DNA of 64,000 bases, taken from NCBI GenBank assembly GCA_017474515.1, contig JAFVHN010000036.1, forward strand, positions 1,819-65,818. The letters are read 5' to 3'. Made by a program: the position numbers and the translations under genes. The DNA comes from Prevotella sp. Lineage in GTDB: Bacteria > Bacteroidota > Bacteroidia > Bacteroidales > Bacteroidaceae. How positions within the stretch are numbered: position 1 is the first letter of the stretch; the number at the start of each line of letters is the position of its first letter. Below are positions 48,020 to 58,010 of this stretch, piece by piece. The notes under the pieces were generated by a model, which was not told the origin of the DNA, did not search any database, and saw only the letters and a list, made by a program, of their open reading frames with translations.

Positions 48020-48838
48020 TTAAACATTGGGAAGATACGCCTCTTTTATTTCATCAAGTGCTTCATTGATATAATGTGCATTTTTCTTGTATTCGTCAAT
48101 GACAATGTCGTAGCCATCCTTTGACTTACATACAAGATTCCAGAAATCCTTACTGATACAAAGTTCATCATCAGAGAAGAACTGGCGAACACGTCCCTGT
48201 GTCCATGGCTTACCCTCACCATAGCGGTTATAGGCAGTTGCAAACAATATCTTCACCTTATCCTCAGAACCGAGTTGGTTGGTAAGGATGCAATACTGTT
48301 CCAAAAGAGCTTCCTTCTCTGAACGAGCCTTCTTATTGTCAAGGTCTCCACCAATTTTAAGCTCTATTAGGTAGTGCATGCCAGTCTCCACATCAACAAG
48401 GTAATAGTCACTTTCGTGACGCTTTGTATGGGCTGCACCTCTCTTTAAAGAAATGCCTTGATAATCTGCTGCTTTTGGAGTACGTCTATTCTCTTTTCTC
48501 TTATATTGTTCAAGCAGTTCGGCAATATAATCGGTCTGCTCATTATACAAAGTTCCTTCAACATGCTGACTTACCTCGTAGTTCAATGCAGCTATGCTTA
48601 TAGCCATACTTTCGAGCATATTGCCCAAAGAACTATCCAATGAGCGAGCAAGTGCTGAGTAATATTGTATTTCAGGACCAAGAGCAGAAATAAAGACATT
48701 GTGGATCTTCATGTTAATTACACCATTCTCGTCCCCTACTTCTGCGAGGTGGCGCATAGAAAAGCCATTAGCATAAGACTTAACAGCACTGCTAACAATA
48801 CTACGAATGGCTTTTTCCTTGTTAATAATATCATTCAT
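48020..48838 (-). CDS. Type II restriction endonuclease (probably TdeIII-like family)
   Basis: PD-(D/E)XK-like ESD...IELK and GGDLDNKKARSEK. Directly upstream of the methyltransferase in an AT-rich island. Confidence 0.68.
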   Translation of the reverse strand: MNDIINKEKAIRSIVSSAVKSYANGFSMRHLAEVGDENGVINMKIHNVFISALGPEIQYYSALARSLDSSLGNMLESMAISIAALNYEVSQHVEGTLYNEQTDYIAELLEQYKRKENRRTPKAADYQGISLKRGAAHTKRHESDYYLVDVETGMHYLIELKIGGDLDNKKARSEKEALLEQYCILTNQLGSEDKVKILFATAYNRYGEGKPWTQGRVRQFFSDDELCISKDFWNLVCKSKDGYDIVIDEYKKNAHYINEALDEIKEAYLPNV

Positions 48839-48859
48839 GGGTTATACTATTATATATTG

Positions 48860-49059
48860 ATTATCTGATGCTGTCAACAGCTCTCTTTTTCCACACCGAA
48901 AAGATTTGAAATTTTCTCCAAGGTGAAAAAGTAGAGTTGTGTAGTTTACCTACACCATTTGCAGACAATACCTGTTGACTTCCCTAACCGGTCAGCCAGC
49001 CCCTTGCCACTCTTCTCTTTTTCCACGAGTACTACTTTTAAGCGATTTATCTTAGCCAT
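48860..49059 (-). pseudogene. Decayed XRE/HTH regulator (controller-protein-like)
   Basis: Manual translation MAKINRLKVVLVEKEKSGKGLADRLGKSTGIVCKWCR*TTQLYFFTLEKISNLFGVEK, with an in-frame stop and a late frameshift. TAATTTTG promoter at 49087-49094. Confidence 0.75.
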
Positions 49060-49365
49060 AGTCCTTGAATATATTTGATTTGGATGCAAAATTATAAAAT
49101 TTTATTGGATTACGGATATTGGCAAGATGAAAACTAGTGTTCTTTCACAATTTTTATTTTATTCGTCATCCCCCGTTATCTCAATCGGAGTCTTAATTTC
49201 TCTGTCTAACGATATATTATTACCACACTTTTACCTTCAATTAATTACCTTTTCAAATGTTAACCATGCAATCTCCATAAAACAAAATCGGTGGGCGCTT
49301 AGGAACGCCGGCCCTCGAGGAACTGATACTATTTTGCCCTGTTCAGGGAATGGCGGGGAATGGGA

Positions 49366-49564
49366 TTGTAAAGATTTTTCAGAAATATGTTTTTTCAAGA
49401 AGAGTTTGGCTGCAAATTTCGTGGGGAGATTTGGCAAATTGAGGGGAGAGAATTGGCAAATTTCCACCCGAGATTTGCGGTCAAATTAAGCAGCATTTTC
49501 AAGCTATTGAAACACAACGAGTTACAAAAAACCGCAATTATTGCAAATTTTGTCAAGATTTTTC
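49366..49564. repeat. ~200-bp dispersed palindromic element, copy 2
   Basis: First 20 nt (TTGTAAAGATTTTTCAGAAA) are identical to copy 1. Imperfect IR GAGTTTGGCTGCAAAT...ATTTGCGGTCAAA around 22-bp units. Confidence 0.8.
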
Positions 49565-49751
49565 AAAATTTTCAATGGACTGCAAGCCTTGGAAGGGTGG
49601 TATTTTTTTGACTTTCCGCACCGCCTGACATCCGCCATGACCGCTGGTCACCGAGCGGGCAGGGACGGCGGGCAGGCACTATCTTCCGGGCCAATAAAAA
49701 AATATGTATAAGAGACTCTTCTTTTTGAGGAAATTTTTGTATTTTTGCAGT

Positions 49752-52700
49752 ATGAAAACACCTCAACTCTCCGTATATAAGGCCAGCGCCGGCAGCGGAA
49801 AGACGTTCCGGCTGGCCTCGAGTTTTATCAAACTGCTCGTTGATAACCCCTTGCAATACAGGAACATACTTGCCGTGACCTTCACCAACAAGGCCACGGA
49901 GGAGATGAAGATGCGCATCCTCAGCCAGCTCTATGGCATCTGGAAGGGCCTGCCCAGCTCGCGCAGCTACATGGACGAAGTGGCCAAAAGCTTAGGGATG
50001 GGCGAAGAACAGATAAGACAAAGGGCGGGAACGGCATTGAGATTGCTGCTCCACAACTACACCTGGTTCAAGGTGGAAACCATCGACTCGTTCTTCCAGA
50101 GCGTCATGCGAAACCTGGCACGCGAGCTGGACCTGGCACCCAACCTGCGCGTGGGGCTCAACGACTTGCAGGTGGAAGAAGAGGCCGTGGATCAGCTCAT
50201 TGAAAACCTGGGGAAAGACGACCCCTTGTTGAAATGGATTATCGACTACATCCACCAGAACATCGACGAAGACAAGGCGTGGAACGTCATAGGGCTGATA
50301 AAGAAATTCGGGAAAACCATCTTCAGCGAGAAATATAAAGCGGAAAGCGAGGAGCTGAAACGGAAACTTGACAACCCCAACTTCCTGCCCGACTATGTGA
50401 AGGAGCTGAAAGCGAAGAGGAAAGAGGCCGAGCAGACGATGGCCGGCTACGCCACGCAATTCCTTGAAATACTGGAAAATGCCGGACTGCAGCCCGAAGA
50501 CCTTAACGGCAAGGGTCGGGGCATTGCCGGCTATTTCAACAAGCTGAGGGACGACGACCTGAGCGACAAGAAATGCAGGACAAAAACCCTGAACGATTAC
50601 CTGACCGACGCCTCGAGCTGGGCGGCAAAGAAAAGCCCCAACAGGGAGGTCATCGTTCAACTGGCGGAGGACAGGCTCATGCCACTGCTGAACAGGGCCG
50701 AGGCGGACAGGCCGCGCATGTGGAAAACCATCACCTCGGTGAAGGCCACCCTGGGCCACCTCAGCCAGCTGAGGCTGCTCGGGGCCATTGAGAAAGAGGT
50801 GTCGAGGCTCAACAATGAGGCCAACAGGTTCCTGCTGAGCAACACGCAACAATTGCTACACGAACTCATCGACGGCAGCGACACACCCTTCATCTTCGAG
50901 AAAACAGGCACGCAACTGGAGCACATCATGATTGACGAGTTTCAGGACACCAGCACCGTGCAATGGGAGAACTTCAAGATACTGCTGCAAGAGACCATGA
51001 GCCGCACCGAGAGCACTCAAAGCGCGGGGGAAGAGGGCCTGACGGGGAACCTCATCGTGGGCGACGTGAAACAAAGCATCTACCGATGGCGAAACGGCGA
51101 CTGGAGACTCCTCAACGGCATAGAGCGGCAATTCGCGGGCGGAAAAGAGAGCGTGAAGGTGGAGAGCCTGGACACCAACTGGCGCTCGGCGGCCAACATC
51201 GTGGAGTTCAACAACGCCTTTTTCAAGAAGGCCGCCGACATTGAATACCTGAAGGAAAAAGAAATCAACGAGGAAGGGGCCGAAGAGCTGAAACGCGCTT
51301 ACGACCACAAAGACGTGGAGCAGAAACTGCCGGAAAAGAAGACGGAGGGCGGAATGGTGAGAATAAAACTGCTGCCGGCCGAAGACTACGACGACGCCAT
51401 GCTGGAGGAACTGGGACAGGTTGTGGACGAGCTGACCGCCAACGGCATTGGGCAACGGAAAATAGCCATCCTTGTAAGAACAAACAGATTTATCCCCCTG
51501 ATTGCCAGCTACTTCAGGCAAACACGCGAGCACCTACGGATTGTAAGCGACGAGGCGTTCAAGCTCGATGCGTCGCTGGCCGTCAACATCATCGTGAGTG
51601 CCATGCGCTGCATGCTCAGACCCGACGACGAGCTTGCGAAGGCCCACTTGGAAAAAGCCTACCGGCACATCAACGGCAAGGGCATTGGCGACCTGATGGA
51701 AAGGGAAATGGACAACCTTCGCCAGCTGCCCGTCACCGACCTTGTGGAAAGGCTGTGCCAACTGCTCGGCGCCGACAACCTGCACGACCAGAGCGCCTAC
51801 GTGTTCGCTTTCCAGGACCAGGTGGCGGCATTCTCGGCTGAATATGGCACCGACATTGAGAAACTGCTCTCGCTATGGGACGAGGACATTCACAAAAAGA
51901 CCATCCAGAGCGACGTGGCCGAGGGCATTCGCATCATCAGCATCCACAAGTCGAAGGGGCTGGAGTTTGACAATGTCATCATCCCCTATTGCGACTGGGA
52001 CACCGAGAACACCCTTCCGGGACTGAGGCCCACCCTGTGGTGCCGCCCGCAGGAAGCGCCCTTCTCGAAACTGCCGCTCGTTCCCGTGGACTACAGTCCG
52101 TCACTGACCACCACCATCTATGCCGCCGACTATATCACGGAGCACTTACAAAATTGCGTTGACAACCTCAACCTGCTCTATGTGGCCTTCACACGCGCCG
52201 CACGCAACCTGTTCGTCATAGGGAAGCGCGACACCAAGGGCAGAAGAAGCCAACTGGTGCAGGAAGTGCTATGCTCCGGGGAAATGGGCATGGGAGAACT
52301 GGAAGGGGCCGAGGACCAAGAAGCCCCGATGGTGTTCACTTTCGGGGAGCTGTTGCGTGGAAAAGAAGAAAAGAAGGAGGAAACGGACAACGTATTCCTG
52401 ACAACGCCCACGCCCCACATCGTCGATATGGAGACATACGACACAAGGGTGGACTTCAGGCAAAGCAACAAGAGCCGCGACTTCGCCGACAGCCTGGAAG
52501 AAGGCGAATTGTCGGAACAGGCGGCGAAAAGACAACAATACATAAAAACCGGCAACGTGCTCCACCAGCTGTTTGCCCAAATTCATACGGTGAGCGACAT
52601 TCCTGCGGTGCTCAGAAGGTTTGAGTTCGAGGGGATACTCTACAACGAGGACATCTCGGCCGAAGAGCTGAAGATAATGATAGAAGAACGGCTGGCCGAC

Positions 52701-52985
52701 AACAGGGTGGCCGCGTGGTTCTCGGACAAATGGCAACTCTATAACGAATGTAAAATCATTGGGACCGACGAAAACGGCAACCTGCAAGAGCACAGGCCCG
52801 ACCGGGTGATGACCGACGGGAAAGAGACCATCGTGGTGGACTTCAAGTTCGGCGTGCCAAGAGAAGAATATCACCGGCAGGTGGCCAGTTACATGCAACT
52901 GCTCAGCGACATGGGGCACACCAACGTCAGCGGGTTCCTCTGGTATGTGTATGGCAACACCATCGAAGAAGTCTTCATTGAGTAA
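49752..52985 (+). CDS. addA: UvrD-like helicase/nuclease (AddA-type)
   Basis: ASAGSGKT, TFTNKA, IDEFQD, VGDVKQSIYRWR, HKSKGLEF, YVAFTRA and C-terminal RPDR...VDFK nuclease. TATTTTTG promoter at 49740-49747. Confidence 0.88.
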   Translation: MKTPQLSVYKASAGSGKTFRLASSFIKLLVDNPLQYRNILAVTFTNKATEEMKMRILSQLYGIWKGLPSSRSYMDEVAKSLGMGEEQIRQRAGTALRLLLHNYTWFKVETIDSFFQSVMRNLARELDLAPNLRVGLNDLQVEEEAVDQLIENLGKDDPLLKWIIDYIHQNIDEDKAWNVIGLIKKFGKTIFSEKYKAESEELKRKLDNPNFLPDYVKELKAKRKEAEQTMAGYATQFLEILENAGLQPEDLNGKGRGIAGYFNKLRDDDLSDKKCRTKTLNDYLTDASSWAAKKSPNREVIVQLAEDRLMPLLNRAEADRPRMWKTITSVKATLGHLSQLRLLGAIEKEVSRLNNEANRFLLSNTQQLLHELIDGSDTPFIFEKTGTQLEHIMIDEFQDTSTVQWENFKILLQETMSRTESTQSAGEEGLTGNLIVGDVKQSIYRWRNGDWRLLNGIERQFAGGKESVKVESLDTNWRSAANIVEFNNAFFKKAADIEYLKEKEINEEGAEELKRAYDHKDVEQKLPEKKTEGGMVRIKLLPAEDYDDAMLEELGQVVDELTANGIGQRKIAILVRTNRFIPLIASYFRQTREHLRIVSDEAFKLDASLAVNIIVSAMRCMLRPDDELAKAHLEKAYRHINGKGIGDLMEREMDNLRQLPVTDLVERLCQLLGADNLHDQSAYVFAFQDQVAAFSAEYGTDIEKLLSLWDEDIHKKTIQSDVAEGIRIISIHKSKGLEFDNVIIPYCDWDTENTLPGLRPTLWCRPQEAPFSKLPLVPVDYSPSLTTTIYAADYITEHLQNCVDNLNLLYVAFTRAARNLFVIGKRDTKGRRSQLVQEVLCSGEMGMGELEGAEDQEAPMVFTFGELLRGKEEKKEETDNVFLTTPTPHIVDMETYDTRVDFRQSNKSRDFADSLEEGELSEQAAKRQQYIKTGNVLHQLFAQIHTVSDIPAVLRRFEFEGILYNEDISAEELKIMIEERLADNRVAAWFSDKWQLYNECKIIGTDENGNLQEHRPDRVMTDGKETIVVDFKFGVPREEYHRQVASYMQLLSDMGHTNVSGFLWYVYGNTIEEVFIE

Positions 52986-53033
52986 GCACGTTTTAATGGG
53001 GTTTCGACAATAGTTTCCGGCAACCCAATTTTC

Positions 53034-53089
53034 CACTTTTCATTTTTCACTTTTCACTTTCATTTTTCACTTATCACTTTTCACTTATC
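53034..53089 (-). repeat. Heptamer array (TTTTCAC)n between addA and addB
   Basis: About 8 imperfect CACTTTT/CATTTTT/CACTTAT units. Confidence 0.75.
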
Positions 53090-53095
53090 CCTTTA

Positions 53096-55879
53096 ATGAA
53101 CACCTTCCTTGAATTTGTAGCACAAGACATTCTCAGCAAGTACGGCACCGACCTGAGCCGCACGGCTGTGATTTTCCCCAACAAGCGCGCCTCGCTCTTC
53201 CTGAACGGGCACCTGGCAAGAATGGCCGGGAAACCGGTATGGAGTCCGGCCTACTTCACCATCAGCGACCTGTTTGCCAAGCAAAGCCCGCTCATCATTG
53301 CCGATGAAATAAAGCTCGTGTGCGACCTGCACGGCAGCTTCGTGAAATACGTGGGAGAAAGCGAGACGCTCGACCATTTTTATGGCTGGGGGCAGATATT
53401 ACTCAACGACTTCGACGACATCGACAAAAACATGGTTGAGGCAAACAAGGTTTTTGCCAACCTCAGGGACATTCATGAATACGACACCGTGGGATTTCTC
53501 AACGATGCTCAGAAAACGGCGCTGATGAAGTTCTTCAGCAACTTCTCGGAAGACCATGAAACGTTGTTGCAAAAGAAATTCCTGCAACTATGGAGCCACC
53601 TCGCCGACATCTACAACGACTACCGCGAACGGCTGAGAAAGCAGGGGCTGGCCTACGAGGGCATGCTCTACAGGGACGTGGTGGAACAACAACAGCTGCA
53701 ATTCAAGCACGACAGATACATCTTCGTGGGATTTAACTTGCTCACAAAGGTGGAAAAAGCGCTCTTCAACAAGTTGAAAGAAATGGGGAAGGCACATTTT
53801 TACTGGGATTTCGACCATTACTACATGCCGAAGAAAGGTCAGACGACAACGGAAAACGAGGCCGGGAAAATCATTGCACAGCACCTGGAACAGTTCCCCA
53901 ACGAGCTGGACAACCATTCCACACAAATCTACGGACAAATGGGGAATCACAAGAATATTTCCTTTGTCAGCGCACCGACAGAGAACATTCAGGCACGATA
54001 CATCAGCCACTGGCTGAGGGCCGACGACCGAATAAGCCACGGCAGCCGCACCGCCATCGTTCTTTGCGACGAAAACCTGCTCACCACGGCCATTCACTGC
54101 CTGCCGCCGGAAACCGACAAGGTGAACGTCACCACGGGATTTCCCTTGCAAAGTGCACTCATCACGTCGTTTGTAAATCACCTTTTCATGCTTGCCATCT
54201 TCGGCGGAAGAAAACATTACCGCCACCTGGTAAGGCACCCATACGCCAAGGTGACGGGGTTCGACAAACAGGTTCCCAACATCTCGCAGAAGTCATCTGC
54301 CATTGAGATTCTCAACGAAATCAGCAATGCCGTCAAGACCATTGCCCTGGCTGATGCAGAAAAGACGTCAACCTTCAACCGCGAGGCACTTTTCCAGATG
54401 TACACGCTGGTGAACCGCCTTATCAGCCTTGTGCGCGAAGGCGACCTCAACGTGGACACCGTCACCATGCAGAAACTCCTATGCCAACTCATACAGTCAA
54501 CGGCCATCCCCTTCAACGGCGAGCCGGTGGAAGGCATTCAGATGATGGGCGTGCTCGAAACACGGTGCCTCGACTTTGAGCACCTGCTCATTCTTTCGTG
54601 CAACGAGGGGAACATGCCCAAAGGAGTCAACGTGACGAGCTTCATTCCTCACTCCATACGGAGCGCATACGGGCTGACCACCAACGACCACAAGGTGGCC
54701 ATATATTCCTATTATTTCCACCGAATGTTGCAAAGGGCGAACGACATCACCATTGCTTACAACAACTCAACGGAAGAAGGAAAGACAGGGGAGATGAGCC
54801 GTTTCATGATTCAACTGCTGGTGGAGAGCGGTTTCAACATCAGTCGCACCACTTTGCAAGCACGGCAAGAACAGGAGTTGCAACAGCCGAAAGAGATTGA
54901 AAAAAGCGGCGACATCATGGCAAGGTTGCATGAAATAGCCGAAAAAGGGGCCTACCCCACCCTGATTAACAAATACATGCGCTGTCAGCTGCAATTTTAT
55001 TTCCAGAACATCCTCGACATTGACGAACCCCACGACGATGAGGACGGAATAGACAACCGCATGTTTGGAAACATTTTCCACCGCGCGGCACAAATCATTT
55101 ATACGCCGTTCAACGACAGCCGAAAAACCGTCACACGAAGCGACATCGAGGAAATACAAAAGCATAAGGAACGAATTGAACGCGCTGTGGACCAGGCTTT
55201 TGAAGAAGAGTATCAGAAGCGTGGACACACGCAGCCCTTCGCCGCAAACACCAACACCGGCCTGCATATCATTAACAGGCAGGTCATTATCACTTTTATC
55301 AACCGGCTGTTGACAATAGACATGCACCTGGCACCTTTTGTCATACTGGGACTTGAAAAAAAGGTCTCCGACACTATCACGGTGAACAACGATAATGGCC
55401 AAATAGCCAGGATGAAAGTATCAGGTATCATCGACCGCCTGGACATGACGCAGGACCACGAGACAAAGAAATGGAGAATAAGGGTAGTGGACTATAAAAC
55501 GGGACGGGATTCATCAACCAAGCCAAAGGGTATTGAAGACATCTTCACACGCCCCATCAACACCAAGCAGCACCTCGACTACTATCTTCAGACAATACTT
55601 TATTCCGATATGATAAGTCGGTCAACAAAATACAATCCGCAACAATTGCCCGTTGCGCCGGCACTGCTCTTCATACAAAATGCCGCAGGAGAGGACTACT
55701 CGCCCATCCTTTTGTTCGGCAAAGAGCCCATCCTCGACATTCAGCAACATTCCGATGACTTCAAGCAACAGCTTCAACAAATCCTTAACGAAATGTTCGA
55801 CCCCGCCATCCCTTTCACCCCCACCCCCGACCAAAACATCTGCGCCACCTGCCCCTACCGCCAAATTTGCGGACTCTAA
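53096..55879 (+). CDS. addB: PD-(D/E)XK nuclease partner of AddA (AddB-type)
   Basis: FPNKRA, QMMGVLETR, GIIDRLD...VDYKTG and four Cys (YMRC...CATCPYRQIC) of an Fe-S staple. Follows addA. Confidence 0.82.
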   Translation: MNTFLEFVAQDILSKYGTDLSRTAVIFPNKRASLFLNGHLARMAGKPVWSPAYFTISDLFAKQSPLIIADEIKLVCDLHGSFVKYVGESETLDHFYGWGQILLNDFDDIDKNMVEANKVFANLRDIHEYDTVGFLNDAQKTALMKFFSNFSEDHETLLQKKFLQLWSHLADIYNDYRERLRKQGLAYEGMLYRDVVEQQQLQFKHDRYIFVGFNLLTKVEKALFNKLKEMGKAHFYWDFDHYYMPKKGQTTTENEAGKIIAQHLEQFPNELDNHSTQIYGQMGNHKNISFVSAPTENIQARYISHWLRADDRISHGSRTAIVLCDENLLTTAIHCLPPETDKVNVTTGFPLQSALITSFVNHLFMLAIFGGRKHYRHLVRHPYAKVTGFDKQVPNISQKSSAIEILNEISNAVKTIALADAEKTSTFNREALFQMYTLVNRLISLVREGDLNVDTVTMQKLLCQLIQSTAIPFNGEPVEGIQMMGVLETRCLDFEHLLILSCNEGNMPKGVNVTSFIPHSIRSAYGLTTNDHKVAIYSYYFHRMLQRANDITIAYNNSTEEGKTGEMSRFMIQLLVESGFNISRTTLQARQEQELQQPKEIEKSGDIMARLHEIAEKGAYPTLINKYMRCQLQFYFQNILDIDEPHDDEDGIDNRMFGNIFHRAAQIIYTPFNDSRKTVTRSDIEEIQKHKERIERAVDQAFEEEYQKRGHTQPFAANTNTGLHIINRQVIITFINRLLTIDMHLAPFVILGLEKKVSDTITVNNDNGQIARMKVSGIIDRLDMTQDHETKKWRIRVVDYKTGRDSSTKPKGIEDIFTRPINTKQHLDYYLQTILYSDMISRSTKYNPQQLPVAPALLFIQNAAGEDYSPILLFGKEPILDIQQHSDDFKQQLQQILNEMFDPAIPFTPTPDQNICATCPYRQICGL

Positions 55880-55917
55880 AATCCTTTCGTCAAATCCCCA
55901 CCCCACTTAACACATAG

Positions 55918-55958
55918 AAAGTGCCATCATGCGGAACAATGCATGATGGCACTTTTTA
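55918..55958. terminator. Bidirectional terminator between addB and the kinase cluster
   Basis: AAAGTGCCATCATGC / GCATGATGGCACTTT perfect 15-bp stem. Confidence 0.85.
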
Positions 55959-55980
55959 TGAGAAACGACTGCCGAGACAA

Positions 55981-58002
55981 TCAGTTGAAATAACCTTCTC
56001 TTTTCTTCTTCTTGTTAATCAGCCTAACCCAGATGTCATCTTCCTTTGCCTTTTTCACCTGAGAAACACGAGCGATTTCCTTCTTCCTATGGCTTTCTAT
56101 CTGACGCCTCCTGGATTCCACTTTTTGTTTAACAACTTTTTCCACCTTCTCTTCTTCGGTGAGTTCTTTCTTTGCCTCCTTTATTTCTGCTTTTGCATAG
56201 AAAGTCATGGTGACAGGCGGACAATTGTCTTCGCTTACCTCCACAGTGAACGGAACATTCTGTCCGCTCCCCACACGCTCTATCATAGTGGTATAAATGC
56301 CATTGTTCTCTTCCGGGGTTGAATTATAAATAAGATAATTGTCGGAAGTCGAAACCGTAACGGTTTTCGGATAGACAAGGCCCCTGTTTTCATCGCGTTG
56401 GAAAATACCGAAGTTCACTGTCAGTATGGAATCGGGGGCTGAGTATTTGTCAGCCATGCCCTCAATCTTTTCAATAGCGAACGTGGGAGAATAACACTCT
56501 ACTACGGGCACCTCTATATTGGCTGAGCGCAGGCCCTGGTATCGCACATAGAAGTTGTAAACATGTGTCCTCACCAAATCGGGTGAGAGATCCTTGGGGA
56601 CATAAAGCACGCAAATGCCGTCATAGCCGTAGTTTTGGTTATTGCTGAAAGTCTTCAAGTCGCCAACCGGTATTTCGCATCCTTCACTGACCGGTACCAC
56701 GACTGTTGCACCGTCACCCTGTCCATTGGGAATTTCCCACGGTGTGCGTATCTTGATGCCTGTCATCAGCCTGTTGTGGGCATATTCCACAAAACCTTCT
56801 TCCTTTTCAAATTGTTCTTCCAACTTCACAGGTGCAAGGGTGATGTCGAAATACTTGATGGAGTCAGCTTTAATAACACCATATCGTCCGTTCAACTTCA
56901 CAATGGCCTCGTCTTCACGCACAATGCGCACTTCGTCAAATTGCGGCGGGAGCAATTCATTGTATTTATATTCCCCTTCGTCGTTGGTATAGAGAAATTC
57001 CAAACCATATTTGTAAGGTTTAGCGTTGCGACTAAGTGTAGTTTTTAACTTGGTCATATATCTTGGCACAACATACTCGTCAATTTCATAACGTACTGTG
57101 TCCTCAAAAGGAAGCAAGGTACTCTTCAGACGCATATATTGGTCAAATAAAAGAGAACCTTCGTTCTTTAAAAAAACTACATACTCTTTTTTGTTTGAGG
57201 CCAAGTCGGTATATACTTCTTTTTCCTCTGCACGCACCTGTTCTATTTTATTTTTTTTGTTAGTGTAGAACAAAGGAGCCACGGAGTCCTCCTTTAAATA
57301 ATAAATGAAATATCGCTTATTATAGGAAATCAGCGACTTCCCCTTGGAGAAAGAAGAAACGAAATTCACTTTGTCCACATCGGTCATCGTAGGAATGTCT
57401 TTCCATTCACCATCAGTGTTAATGTAGCCTATTCGTCCCGGCTTCAACTTATCAAAGTCCTCGAAATCACGCACACTGGCAAATCCATAGAAATACGGTC
57501 GCGCTTCATAATAGGGACCAAAAGTAAAATGTTTGCTGTCCGGAGTGCTGTTGGTTTCAAATTTCTCAACATTGATGAAATACCAGTTGTTGTTCCATAG
57601 AACCAGAAGATATCCTTCTGAAACGTATGGGAAACCACTGTTGATTTTATATTTCATCTGTGACATATCAACAAACCGCTTCCTTGAATCACTTTTTTCT
57701 TTAAGAACACCTTTTACTATATTATTGCGAGTGTCGAAGACTACGGCATATCCATTACGGAACGGAGCTATACTGTCATAGTCTACGGACAAGACTTCAC
57801 GCTCTTTTTCCATTTCGTCACGGTTGGAAAATGGCCCGGGATTCATGATGCCGTATTTTCCACCTTTTTCCACCAAGTAAAAGTTATTGTCAATACACGG
57901 TGAAATGGAATCATACTCCGCAGGCACAGCCCACTTGGCCACCTGAGCATAGCAAAGGCTTAAAAAGAAAGAAAACAAAAGGGATAAAAATACTTTCTTC
58001 AT
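55981..58002 (-). CDS. Secreted WG-repeat-like protein with Lys/Glu-rich C-terminal tail
   Basis: Signal peptide ending YA|Q and repeats YDSIAPFRNGYAVV, GKYGIMN, GYINTDG, NGRYGVI. Confidence 0.72.
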   Translation of the reverse strand: MKKVFLSLLFSFFLSLCYAQVAKWAVPAEYDSISPCIDNNFYLVEKGGKYGIMNPGPFSNRDEMEKEREVLSVDYDSIAPFRNGYAVVFDTRNNIVKGVLKEKSDSRKRFVDMSQMKYKINSGFPYVSEGYLLVLWNNNWYFINVEKFETNSTPDSKHFTFGPYYEARPYFYGFASVRDFEDFDKLKPGRIGYINTDGEWKDIPTMTDVDKVNFVSSFSKGKSLISYNKRYFIYYLKEDSVAPLFYTNKKNKIEQVRAEEKEVYTDLASNKKEYVVFLKNEGSLLFDQYMRLKSTLLPFEDTVRYEIDEYVVPRYMTKLKTTLSRNAKPYKYGLEFLYTNDEGEYKYNELLPPQFDEVRIVREDEAIVKLNGRYGVIKADSIKYFDITLAPVKLEEQFEKEEGFVEYAHNRLMTGIKIRTPWEIPNGQGDGATVVVPVSEGCEIPVGDLKTFSNNQNYGYDGICVLYVPKDLSPDLVRTHVYNFYVRYQGLRSANIEVPVVECYSPTFAIEKIEGMADKYSAPDSILTVNFGIFQRDENRGLVYPKTVTVSTSDNYLIYNSTPEENNGIYTTMIERVGSGQNVPFTVEVSEDNCPPVTMTFYAKAEIKEAKKELTEEEKVEKVVKQKVESRRRQIESHRKKEIARVSQVKKAKEDDIWVRLINKKKKREGYFN

Positions 58003-58010
58003 TTCTTATT

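Noticed and set aside
49127-49611. Short ORFs over the 200-bp element (also 15630-15854)
   Set aside because: They overlap a non-coding repeat whose two copies conserve DNA symmetry, not a reading frame.
45000-49700. RM island as an autonomous mobile element or prophage
   Set aside because: No integrase, transposase, relaxase, phage gene or clear flanking att duplication was found.
49752-55879. Helicase + nuclease pair as a novel defence system or Cas4-type module
   Set aside because: Size, motif order and host-like composition match housekeeping AddAB-type recombination genes.
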